Assembly (NCBI GenBank): GCA_028023455.1
Contig: JAQFVV010000003.1
Coordinates: 19,344,001 to 19,408,000, forward strand
DNA from: Epiperipatus broadwayi
Lineage: Eukaryota; Animalia; Onychophora
Direction: 5' to 3'
Length of the DNA stretch: 64,000 bases
Part shown: piece after piece, positions 12,523 to 24,797 of the stretch
How positions within the stretch are numbered: position 1 is the stretch's first letter
Layout of the letters: the number at the start of each line of letters is the position of its first letter
Translations under genes and position numbers: made by a program
The notes under the pieces: generated by a model
The model's database searches: none
Told to the model about the DNA's origin: nothing
What the model saw: the letters and a program-made list of their open reading frames with translations, nothing else

Positions 12523-15500
12523 TTAAGTTCAGTACTTGTAGTTAAAAATAGAACTGTAAAATTTATGTAATATTTTTATTAATATCCTTTTATTATGAGA
12601 GTATCTTTTAGCATTTTGTCCACGGCACACACACGTTTTAAGAACAGATATATGAATTTAAATAATTATACAACTATATTGCATACAGCACATTTATTTT
12701 GTGTGAATGAATTAATCTCAAATGAATAATTATAGATTTAAAATTTTTTATTTTATGATAACTTATTTATTTATAATATGTTTTCAACGGTTAAATGAAT
12801 TTTGGTAATAAAATATTTGTTCCTTATTGAAATATTAAAGATGATGTGCCTTTAAACTAGTGGCTACTTTTTGTGTCGTATATATATACTTTTTTAAGAG
12901 CTGAAGTAATTCTCTTATTTATAGTAGATAAAGAAGTATGTGTACATGCATATATATATTTTATAGTTAAATCACTTGATAAATCAGCATAGCATATGGA
13001 ATTGCTATGGTAGTATTTTGAAATGACATTTCTGGAAATATATTGAGGTTTAGTCAAAATATATTCTAAATTAAAAACTTACTATTATTATTTTTTTGTT
13101 TTATTAATGTAAATAATTTATTAATTAAACTTGGTCTTCGTATTAATATTTTTTTTATAAGACTATATCACTTATCATTCTTTCACTGGGTCATATAATT
13201 ATAATGCTTACCTTGAGATATTTAAATAAACATTTAATTAATATGAAAACTGATTAGAATACATATTTAACCATATTGTTTTTGGAGAAATTATGATACG
13301 CACACATTTTGGAAATTATTTATTAAGATTATATAAGAAATATAAGCACAGATTAATTTCATTTTATTATAGCTAAGTTTAAATTTAGATTATCGAATAT
13401 AATTTGGATTCAATAAAATACCCTTTGATTCTGAATTATATTAATGATTTCATTTATTCAGTTACAATATTTAAAGATCAAATAATGTGGTGCTAATAAT
13501 ATATAATAAATGGAGCAGTAAACTTCCAGGCATTAGTTATATTAATGCAATGTCCTTTAGCATACTTATTTGATGATTTACTCTAATAAATATCATTACC
13601 TTATATAATCATATAAAATCATGGATGGTAGATGAAAATGGATTCATTTTTCATCTACAAGTTGGATTACATTAATACTAGAAGATGCTACATTCAAATA
13701 ACTAGTGTTTATAGAATTATAATTCTATTTATTATATATCTATAAATATTAAATTATCAGTCTTGCTTTCTTATCTTGTTCCTATGGAAGACATGTAATT
13801 TTTTAAATTTTTATCATGACTACAAACAAAATTTCTTTCAAGAAACTGAATGTTAGTTAACTCTGATATTAAAATATCTTCAAAGTATATTATTTGTATG
13901 TAGGTTTAGCTTAAATTTATGAGTATGGAATATTCACCCATCTCTCTTTATTGCATCTGTTTGATTAGTTTCTTCTTTGGCACCTTTAAAGAAAGAGTAA
14001 TTTCAGACTTTATTATATATTTCTTTAAGTTAGGAGATTTTAGCATCACATTTTTTCCTCACAATTCCTGTTTTAATTCTATTTTGTACAATTCCTCTAT
14101 CTCTTTATCAGTTTCTCTATTTAAAAACTACTTGCATTGCTTAGCTCTTTTTCAATCAAAAGTAAGTCATCTACTACTTGAGATTTTTTTTAAATTTTCT
14201 ATTTTAATCTTGAACTGAATTATATTAAATTCTCTGTCCAAAGGCAGACCAGTTCAGTAATAGTATTTGCAACAACCAAGATGCTAACATTAATTCTATC
14301 ATCATTAGGAATAGATTGCAATTATATGTCACTATCTTATTATTCTAGTATAGGCACATTATAAACTTAAATAAGTCATTTACTTATGTTATATATAGAG
14401 CTCGCAAAATGAATACAAGCTTATTAAATTAGGTCATGTGATATCTGACTTGATTTTTTTTAAAATAATAATAAGCCATTTACTTCAGCATTTTTTACAC
14501 CTAAGCACTGAATAAACACAATTACACATTATGAGGTCATAGCACTATTTTCTAAAAGGGTGTAAATTTTCATTCTTATTTCCCTTTATTTTAATGGATA
14601 CAATAAAGTTGATAAACTATATAATTACATTTTCAATCTTCAAAAAGAAAAATATTGCTAAATGGAGTAGCTAAATGTTTGGAACAATGTTTAAGAAAGA
14701 AAAACAAAAGAGATGAAAATCATACATGAAATAATATAGTATCCATTCTAATCCCAAGAACTTTCATGTTTACACTACTTTGTATGATCAATACAATGTT
14801 AGTATATTTTCTACTGAAGGCTAGTAGCATGAGACATGTTTAGGAAAACATGTTCATATACCAATAACTTTAACCTTTTAAGTATGTTTTAACATCAGAA
14901 TAGTCTATCACATACTAAAAATTTTATGCATCACAAAATATTTATTAATAGAAAGTAAGTATTGTAATAAGAAGGCACTCATTAGATGCAATGTCCGAGT
15001 CATTGGCTAACTCGATTTTATGTTATTTCTTTAAAGCCTCATAACATTATGGTCTAATTAAAAATTGAATTAATTCTTACAGAACTATTTTTTTTATTGT
15101 ATAATAAATTGTAAAGATATTTAAAAAAAATAATAATTGAAAGATTAATTGCATGGGGGATTATGTGATAAGTGACAGGTTAAATCTCAAATCAGGGATT
15201 ATTAGTTCTAAATCTGTCACTCTATCACTATGAATGATAAGCCACACAAGTCATAGTATTTTTAATTTTTTTAAATGAAATGGAATGGCATTTTTTTTCA
15301 TTTTAATCCCTGAATAATAGAATATACATGTGAGTATATCATAGTTCAGTCAATAGCAAATCATCGTATCAAAATGTGCAGGAAAAAACAAACCATAAAT
15401 TATTTTTATACTTTAAACTGAAATGTATAAGAATAAAAGATAATGTTGATTCAATAGCATCTAACAATAATAATAATATATGGAACTCATCTTTTTCTCC

Positions 15501-15749
15501 TGTTAGACACTTTGATTTTATTCTATTTAAATTAAAACTACAATCTGTAGTATATAGTCATTCAACTGTGTTAGTTGATTAAATAATTTCTGACTGTACA
15601 ATATTCCTATCATGAAAATGCTAATCCAATAAAAACCACAGCAAAACACTTATTTATATGAAATATTTTGTCAAAATGTGATTGAGGTAAAAAGAACGAA
15701 GATATGTCATTAGTGACTGTCTTGCTATTTTATAAATATCATTATAACT

Positions 15750-16340
15750 TTCAATCAATAATGATTCATTAATACAGTTTTTCTGATCCATAGTCTCTCT
15801 TCTTCTCATTACATCAACAAGTTTCTGTAAATTATCCATCCATCTCACATGTGGTTGCTTTCTCAGCCTTTTATGATCTCTTGGGATCCAGTTTAAGACA
15901 TCAACCTTCAATAATTATCATATTTTCAAGAAATATATCCAGACCAACATCATTTCAATCTCTTAATTCTTTCAATGATGTTAATGATATTTGTTTGTTC
16001 TTTTACCCAAGTATTTCACTTTCGATCCCTTCAACACACATCTGTATTGATTTTCCATTAAGTGCCCAAATCTCAGATCCATAAGTAAGAAATGGGAAAA
16101 TTCATTTATTAAATACATTCCTTCTCAAACATATAGGTGTATTTACTAAGTTATTTCTACCAAAATATTAATTTCATCCATTATAATATACATATAATAT
16201 TTAACTTCTAAGCCCTTCTTTATCTCTCAAATATGTAACTCTTATTTTATTGTTGATTCTTTTTTGCTTTTCTTAAAGTATGTTCTTTATATTTTATATT
16301 ATTTTTGTTTAAATACAATAGATTCCCCTTTTGAGAAGTT
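15750..16340 (-). mobile_element. RTE LINE 3' fragment
   Basis: Encodes VLNWIPRDHKRLRKQPHVRWMD, the RTE C-terminal W.PRD.KR.RGRP..RW.D motif. Nucleotide similarity to 53380-53790. Confidence 0.8.
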
Positions 16341-16870
16341 TATTAGAGCTTCACTAAAATTAATTTACAAATGAGTTTATTACTAATATCTTTTATATGT
16401 AAGTATTTCTAAATATTATGACTTTTTTTTTCTTCAATTAATTATTAATGAAATATAAAAGTTTATTATTATCACAATTATGCTTTCTCAATGCAGTAAA
16501 CATATCAATATATCTTATTGATTGATGTCTGTTTCTCTTTGATTTTTCTTACTTTGTCATTTTGAACTATGTTTTCATAATCATGATTTTCATTTTTTTT
16601 TACTAAAATGTTGTTAAATGGAAGAAAATAAAGTGTTAATAAACTTTAATCACTAGTTTTTAAAATCACTTTCTTTTAATTTTGTTTTAATTTTGCCCAG
16701 TGTAATTAGGTGCAGTGGTAGTATGACAAATTCAGGAGCTTAAAAGTTCACAGATTATGCCAGTTCTTTCTATCATATGAACTTCTTAAACCGGTAAGTG
16801 ACTTGATTATTTATCTTTTATTATATTCTTCACAAAAATGTTATTAAATACTCTAGTAGCAACTTACTAC

Positions 16871-17311
16871 AAAAAAATGTATATTGGATGGAGGATACTT
16901 TAATTACAAAAAGTTATTAAAAAATTATCTTGCACACTACGCAAACATGTGAAGCTCAATATTAAAAGAATTATCAGGCTGAGCACTTTCGGGAAGCTTT
17001 AGTTCCTATATTCATAGCCTATCTTGGGAATATCAGCTTGAGTTGTGATTTAAATAACTGGGTAATAATTTATGCAAATTTATTCAATGTCTTCATATAG
17101 TTCACTTTCTAGAGATGGAAAAGCACGATTCTTTCCAGACTATATGAAGATATTGAATAAATTTGCATAAATTACTGTCCAGTCATTTAAAATCACAACT
17201 CAAGCTGACACTCCTAAGATAGGCTATGAATATGGAAACTAAAGCTTCCTGAAAATGCTCAGCCGGATAATTCTTTTAATATTGAGCTTCACTTGTTTGC
17301 GTAATGTGCAA
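16871..17311. mobile_element. Foldback insertion: about 175-bp inverted arms with one-sided leader
   Basis: 16929-17100 is the near reverse complement of about 17139-17312. Candidate TSD GTAGCAACTTACTAC (16856-16870) / GTTGTAACTTACTGC (17312-17326), 12 of 15 identical. Confidence 0.75.
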
Positions 17312-17656
17312 GTTGTAACTTACTGCTCAAAGGTGAAGTAGAAACAAGGATTTTATTTCAATATTATAAAAAACTATCATGAATATTATTGAAAAAAAAA
17401 AATTAATCACTAAAGTTTTATACTTTTTTTGATTACATAGATATAGTCCAAATATAAATTTAACTCTCAAAATAACTTAATTATTGTATAATCAATGATA
17501 TTAAAATTAATAAGTTGATTATTTAATATTTGTATTTATATGTTTAAGTTTTCAAAAGTCTATGAAGCAGCAGCAAAGACATTGGAAAGTGATTAACTTA
17601 TACATTATTAATATATTTAAGTTTGATATATCTATTTTACATATAGTCCATAATTA

Positions 17657-18570
17657 ATAATCAATTAATTTTACTAGCGCAATATCAGATTGTAATTCTA
17701 TTTAGAAGGTAATAAACCTTCCTAGCTAGCACTGTTTATGATATTAAATCAGTGATGTTAAATGCAAGAATACTCTTGGTCCAGCCACAAGATAAAGACT
17801 TTGAGAAAATAAGAATGTCAGTCTTATTTTCTCATCTAAATGCATTTATATAGGCCAATCTTAAGTGTCTTCAAATGAGAATGTGAATATATTAAATCTT
17901 TCATGTTATATCCATTTAATATTATATATAGTGCTAGTGAGGAAGATTTATTATCTTCTAAATAGAATTACAAACTATACTACAATAGTAAAATTCACTG
18001 ATTATTAAATTATAATATTTCATAAGTGTTAATAAGATTATTAAAACAGATAAATGTAAAGTGAATGATTTAATATGTTCATGCTCTCATTTCCAGAAAC
18101 TTAAGATTGGCAAATATAAGTGCATTTAGATTTGAAAGTAAGATGGTTGGGCTTATTTCTCAAAGACTTTATCTTGTGGCTGGAATAAGAGTATCCTAGC
18201 ATTTAACATTGCTGATTTAGTAAGTATGGTGCTAGTGAGGAAGGTTTATTGCTTTCTAAATAGAATTACAATCTGACACTGTGCTAGTAAAATTGATTGA
18301 TTATTCCATAGTTTAACATCTAATATTAGCATGAAGTAAATTATAATATTTCAAAAGTATTGAGAAGATTATCAAAAGAAATGGATGTAAAGTGAATGAT
18401 TTAATATATTCAAGTTCTTGTTTCAAGACACTTAAGATTAGGTTTGAAAACAAAATGGTTCTCAAAATCTTTATTTTGTGTCTGGAACGAGAGTATTTTC
18501 ACATTTAACACCACAATTTAATATTATGTATGGTGCTACTGAGAAAGATTTATTACCTGCTAAATAGAAT
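17657..18570. mobile_element. Inverted-plus-tandem about 300-bp unit with perfect 15-bp flanking direct repeat
   Basis: Direct units start at 17931, 18229 and 18533 (partial). 17657-17915 is an inverted copy spanning a unit junction. TATAGTCCATAATTA occurs at 17642-17656 and 18571-18585. Confidence 0.85.
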
Positions 18571-18912
18571 TATAGTCCATAATTATAAATTTAAATACAA
18601 AAAAAAAAAAAACTTTCAAATAATAAAAATGTGTCATGACATCCATTGGAATGTTATATTTTGAGGTTTCTCTCTGTAAATAAATATGTTGTTAATTACA
18701 ATTATTTTGTTTCTTTATCACAGAATGATATCATAAACAATTGTTAAAAAAAAAAAAACAAACATGTAAGCACAAAATGTTTATAAAGATATATTACACA
18801 AATGATTGCCACTATATCAATGAAAACTTTCCTGATTTATTTACTTTTGTTTTCCTGCACTCAACTATTACAATTAATTGCTATTTCTATTCACTTGTAT
18901 CTAACCACTTAC

Positions 18913-19336
18913 CAGAAGCCTTGTCTCCACAAACTACACAAAGTTCAAAAGTATTTCGTTTATCTAAAGATGATTTGGCTCCAAATTCATTTTCTTTCAT
19001 TTTAGCCAAGATTTCTACAGGAGCTTGTAATTTGGCTGCCCAGTCAATACCACCCATTGGTGTAGTTACCATGGTTGGAGTAGTTACAATAGCAATGGCT
19101 GGGCTACCGGCCAAAGCTTGACTCAAAGTCATCATGTTAGAATTTGCAGCAATAGCCGGGCTTCCCGTGACAACAACATGACCAGATACCATCTGACCTG
19201 TTTCTGTGACAACTACAGTGGTTTCTGCATTCTCAAGGGATCTCTGATTCCCGCTCATCTTCACCCCCATAGGCTGGACGATTGTAACGGTGGTAGGAGT
19301 GGAAGAAGAATGGTGCAACTCATCAAGAGATGCCAT
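18913..19336 (-). CDS. Hr78: NR2C/TR2-TR4/Hr78-family nuclear receptor, coding exon 1 (A/B region and start of zinc finger 1)
   Basis: ATG at 19336 has an in-frame TGA upstream in the same exon. The ORF ends ...FELCVVCGDKAS G|gtaagt (phase 1), joining in frame to the 3713 acceptor across a 15,199-bp intron. Confidence 0.93.
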
Positions 19337-19375
19337 TGCGAATACATTGATGGACCTTCACTGGAAAACCAAATT
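19337..19375 (-). other. 5' UTR part of first coding exon
   Basis: Acceptor ttattttcag| puts the exon start at 19375. An alternative ttttccag acceptor lies 15 nt downstream. Upstream non-coding exons and the promoter were not located with confidence. Confidence 0.65.
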
Positions 19376-19511
19376 CTGAAAATAATATAAAATAAAATGT
19401 GACATCTTACTATGTATTACTGTTGTTTCCTGCTTTTTACATGTGTGTGTGCAATATGAGATGTAACAAGATACCATCTATGGAGTAAAATATGTATTAA
19501 TATCATAAATT

Positions 19512-19773
19512 TATTCTAGTCAATTATAAAAATTGAAATAAAACACACAAGTACACAGATCCATATTTTCAAAAATGTCAATTACTTACCAGTTATTGCT
19601 TGTATTCAGCCTTGTCCTTAATAACATGATTTATTTATATGTATATATAATTAATTTATGAAGGACAAGACTGAATACAAACCAAACAATAACTGATAAG
19701 AAATTGATATTTTTGAAAATATGGTCTAGTGTACTTGTGTGCTTTATTTCAATTTTGATAATTGACTAGAATA
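19512..19773. repeat. Inverted repeat, about 110-bp arms
   Basis: TATTCTAGTCAATTAT...TCAGCCTTGTCCTT versus AAGGACAAGACTGAATAC...TAATTGACTAGAATA. No clear TSD. Confidence 0.9.
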
Positions 19774-21099
19774 TATATATATATAGCATTCCTAAAGAAA
19801 CTATTTAATGAAATAATAGGAATTATAAAAAAACACTTTTAAGATATGGATAAATATATATACTTAAATAATACCATATGATTCTAATTTAATTATCAAT
19901 TTCTACATGGTAATCCTCAACATCTCTACAAATCTCAAAGCAATCAACTGTTTTGCAAGAGACATGTTCAGGCAATTCAGTAATACAATTTTAAAAATCA
20001 GTTATACAGTTAATTCTTCTATAGTATGTGGCCCAGAATGGTTTAGCATAATGATAGAATGGTAGACACTGGAGATCAAAATCCATTAATCATGATTTAT
20101 CTCTTTCATTTTTGATACTCAAATTTCTTACAAACTACAATTACTTTTTTATGGTAAACTCAAATTAAATTAAACATTATGTAAAAAATAAAAATAAAAA
20201 CAACTAAGGATATTACATCAAATGAACATGCTACCCATAATCGAAATATTCCATGATTAATCCAATAATTGGAAAAAAAGATTATTGAGGATGAGTGAGT
20301 GATGTAATTTAATTACGAGTGACAAATAAAACAAAATTACATAAGATAAACTTACATGTACCATATTTATTTACTCATAAATCAGTATCTGCTTTTTTTT
20401 CATATTAGTTTTTAATTATAATATGTAATATGGTGTACTTTTTAAAAAATGACCATTGAATGCACCAATTTGGAAATCAGTTTATCAAAAAAAGTAAATA
20501 AATATTTAATAATTAATAAAATGTAATTATAAAAAAAATTGATTCTTATAAGTGGGTCTCTAAATTTTCAAATATGATTTGACATATATAACCAAACGGT
20601 CAATAAAAATATACATAAAATCTCTTATATTTTATTTGAAAAATTATTAAAGAAATAGTTGGTTTAAAAAAAAAAACACCATTTGTGACAACAAGAGTTC
20701 TGACAATTAATTAACTATTACCAGTTGTAGAAAAAAAAAGAAACTTTTCATTGTGTCAAATTTTCTCTATTTTCTTAATAAATTTTCTTATTTGAATTAA
20801 TGTAATATATAATATTAGATTACAAGTATAATTTAGTATACTTGGAAATTAGATATGCATCGGCTGTATGAGATAGAGTCGATAGCTGAAGGGTGCTTGA
20901 AATTTGTGTTCAAATCCTCTACAAATAAATGTAAGATGTAGTTTATTATTTTCCTAATTCTTTTTTTTAATTTAAAAAAAAAAGATATTTAATTTTATCT
21001 TTATTTCCTTAATAACACAAATCATCACAAAACAAAAAGTTTCGTTTTCTTTTCCACATCTGTTAAATTGAGATAAAAAATATGCTGGTAATAGATGCA

Positions 21100-21900
21100 T
21101 CAGTATTGGTGGGCAATTTGAATTTTTAAAACTTCATGAGAAGATCTGATTTTTTTATTCCTAAGAGGGGTCTTCCACAAGGTTCTCCATTAGCTGCTCT
21201 TCTGTTTTCTGTCTATATAGATCCTGTCGTTCGCGAGATTGAGAACCTCATCCCTGGTTTTTGTCTCCCGCATTTGGGAGTGCAGACAGCCGTAATTGCA
21301 TTCAGTGATGATATTATAATAATATTTCAAAACAGCTACAATATCCAAGTTGTGATAAATATCTTAGAGAATTTTCAGACTTTAACTGGTTCAGTTATTC
21401 AACCAATAAAGTCTACAGCCTGGAAGTTAGCTACAGGTAAAAAAAATGCCATCTAACTTTTTGGCTCTACCATATGCCTTCTTGGGCATATCATTATATA
21501 TGTCCAAGACAAAGATAAACAGAAACTTGAATAAATTAATTATTACAAAAATTGAAGATAAAACAAGTAAATTTTCTTCACATAAATTATATAAAGTTAC
21601 AAGAGTGTTAATTTTTAATGCCATCGTAGGGATTTTGGCATAGTGTTCCTTGGGTGGCCTTATATGATGAAATAATACTCAGAATAAATCAGTTCACAAA
21701 GAAATGTCTGGGGTAGGGCTTCAAGATGGATCCCAATACCAACTTTGCAAATGCCAATAGAAAATGGAAGGTCTTGGCCTTGTTGATCCTGGACTATATG
21801 TATCTTATATCAAGGCAAGTTCTACAAGAAAAAAATTAGTTATAATTTTGCATTTAATAATTATTGATTGGCACATTGATTAACATATAAAAAAAAATCA
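21100..21900 (+). mobile_element. L1/Tx1-clade LINE RT fragment
   Basis: RGLPQGSPLAALLFSVYIDP and VIAFSDDIII (21136-21456), then a frameshifted FLGI...KVTRVLIFNAIV segment. Stops and frameshifts are present. Confidence 0.8.
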
Positions 21901-22090
21901 AAAATTTAAAAACAGGCCTATTGTAAAAATACGATTATACTGATTCTTTTATTTTTAATATTCTATCTGTCCGAGCAAATTTATTAATGGGGAAAAAAAA
22001 TTTTAATTTTTTTTTCAAACATATTTTAGCCATGAAGTGAATATACAAGTTTGATGCTGAAAAATAAAAAAAAATTGAAAAGGGAATAAA

Positions 22091-22707
22091 TATTAGATGT
22101 AATATGTTGGACTATATATCCATCATCTATGAGTGAATGTTGAATGTATAGAAAATTTTAAACTTTCTAAATACAAACAACTTGTTCACATAGAAGTCAA
22201 ATTTGTACCTTTAGATTTTTGAATACCAAATTGAAGGCAAACGCTCTAACCAACTGAGATATCCTGTCAAAGGCAACAGATAGTAGAAAATTGATATATT
22301 TATATGTGAGAGTTGGTTCAAATTCTCCTGAGTCTTTCAATTTTTTTTAAATTTAATATTAATTTTTTCTAAGAGCAAGATTAATTATAGGCTTCTATAC
22401 ATACACAATGTATGGAAGCCTCTAATTAATCTTGCTCTTAGGAAAAATTAATATTAAATAATAATAAAACTAATTAACCTTGAAAAAAAATTGAAGAACT
22501 CAGGAGGATTTGAACCAACCCTCACATATAAATATATCAAATTTCTACTATCTATTGCTTTTTACAGAATAGCTCAGTTGGTTAGAGCATTTGCCTTAAA
22601 TTTGACATTCAAGAATCAAAAGGTGTGAGTTGTTTGTATTTGGAAAGTTTAAAATTTTCTATACATTTAACAGATGATGGAAATAGTCCAACATATCACA
22701 TCTAATA
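22091..22707. repeat. About 620-bp foldback containing tRNA A-box and B-box motifs
   Basis: Arms mirror around a centre near 22400. Contains TAGCTCAGTTGGTTAGAGC (A box, about 22571) and its mirror GCTCTAACCAACTGAG, and GGTTCAAATTC with its mirror. The end motif GATGATGGAAATAGTCCAACATA recurs at about 27568 and 51343. Confidence 0.85.
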
Positions 22708-24738
22708 ATATACCATCATCACAAACCTTCAAGTAATAAATATCATTTAGTCAGACAAATTATTTAAATGTATTTCTAACAAAACCCAATAATAAAACAG
22801 GATATAAGCATGATGGCAGAAAAGAATATAGTAAAAGATAATACCTAGCAGAAAGAAACATTAAGAGTTAATGAAAAAAGCAAAAAAAAAAAAAGTACTG
22901 GAAATCAGTATCAACGTGATTGAAGGACATTATTTTCCAAAAGATATCACTTTATGATCATTAAGTATATATATGGTAAATTTTATATAATTAATAAACA
23001 ATGCAATATTGGATATGTAACATCTTTAACAATTGAATACAGAGATAGAAATAGAACCTATTTTCATGAATGATCTATTTTTTCTGAAACTAGTAAAAGG
23101 TCTTTACTGTTATGTTAGTAAACTTTTTCACATTCTAATATTAAATTTATATCTAGTCATAATGATGGCAAAATTTTAATTGTGCAATAAAAGATAATGA
23201 ATGTTCTAAAAAACATTTTTCAAGGAATGTTAACAATGAAAAAAAGATTATCAATAATTGGGGTCATTAATGCCCACTTAATTAAGCAAATTTGTACCAA
23301 ACAAAAATAATATCAAGAAGTTTAAAAAAGAATTGTGGTCACAGTAAAATTAGTAGCTAGTTTGAGTTTAGACTTTCTGAGATGTAGAGAAGATATTATT
23401 TCACACAGAAAGGGAATTTTATAATATATATGTGTATACAATATTTATCTTTTTTTGACAAAAATAAAAATCAGAGAGATATAGCAATATGATTGGATGT
23501 GCTAGAATCAATTATTTGTCTTATATATATAATGAATTTATGGACATCTAAGTAAAAGAAAAAATAATTTTAGAAGTTTGGTAAGCTTTATATTATTTTT
23601 TAATTACTAATTCTACATCATATCAATCAACATTTATATTAGGATATGTTAGTAATGAAGGAAATGTCAAGAAATGATTTTTTGGCTTTTTATAAATTGA
23701 AAGTCATGATTTCATATACTATTTGGAAGTAATAACATTAAAAGATGTTAAAGTGATTTTTTTTTCTTTAGATATAAAAAACTGTTGCAGTCAAACATAT
23801 GACAATACAACTAACATGGCTGTTAAGCATAATTGTTCAAGAAAAAAATCAAAATTTTGAATGAATCTTCCACTTTTATTCCATTTTTTTAAATTTAATT
23901 GGAAATTGTGTGCAAGGCTTGTTCAGCAGCTATGTATTATTTTGATTATCTTCAAAATATTTAATTTTTTTCCCCTTCATCTACATAACAATAAAATCTA
24001 TTAAGATTTTTAACAATTCAAAATCTAAACATATAAAAAGACTTAATGATATTAGATAATCAGTAAGAACTGATGCAGTTTTTGTTTTGCTATGTAACTA
24101 TAAATCATTAAAACTCTTCTTATTCATATTAGTGAAATGAAAAATTGAGATTAGAAGCAAAAAAATTGTCTATTTAGGTGAGTATGACATTGCATTTTCA
24201 ATCATCATATAGAATAAATTATTGAAAAGAATAATCAGTACAAGTCAGTCATTACAAAAAAATTCAAGGAAATTTATTGCAAAGCATGAATGTCTTAAAC
24301 TCTGTCTTTCTTTATAAAGGAGATTTAAAATACTTTTGAAAGTATAGAACAAAACGGAAATTTATTAATTGATAATACAAGTTATGAATAAACAAAAAAT
24401 ACATTTCGATGAATCAAATATAAATGCACTTTAAGATGCGAATTGCTTGTGATAGAAACCTGTAACATAATTTGCATTAAATTTACAACAGAAATTTCTA
24501 CTAGAATTGCTATCTACAAGAAAATAATAAACAACTTCCAATTATGTTTCAATCATAATATGATTAATAATAAAATAAATATAAGGTTTATTTATCAAAT
24601 CAATAGAAAAATTATATTGATATAAATCATCTCAATGCTGAAGTTCATAATTTTTAAAAATACATTAAAGAAGAAAATATCAAGTAACCTTTTAAAATGT
24701 ACAAAAGAATAATTGATGGTTATCAACCTTTTCTAATA

Positions 24739-24797
24739 TTATTAAAACAGGTAAAACTATCCATACAGTAGTGCCACTCAGTATCATGTGATGCTTT
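24739..24797 (-). mobile_element. Short copy of the 11318 hairpin family
   Basis: TTATTAAAACAGGTAAAACTATCCATACAGTAGTGCCACTCAGT followed by the reverse complement of the leader motif (ATCATGTGATGCTTT). No clear TSD. Confidence 0.75.

Noticed and set aside
20340-20400. Minus-strand GTAAGT donor as a candidate receptor 5' UTR exon end
   Set aside because: No convincing acceptor or promoter upstream. The donor motif alone is common.
22565-22620. tRNA gene
   Set aside because: Only the A-box/D-arm portion matches. There is no anticodon arm, T arm or acceptor stem in proper order.
22672-22695. Hammerhead in the family end motif CAGATGATGGAAATAGTCCAACAT
   Set aside because: The core is CAGATGA rather than CTGATGA, and GAAA is missing in all three copies.
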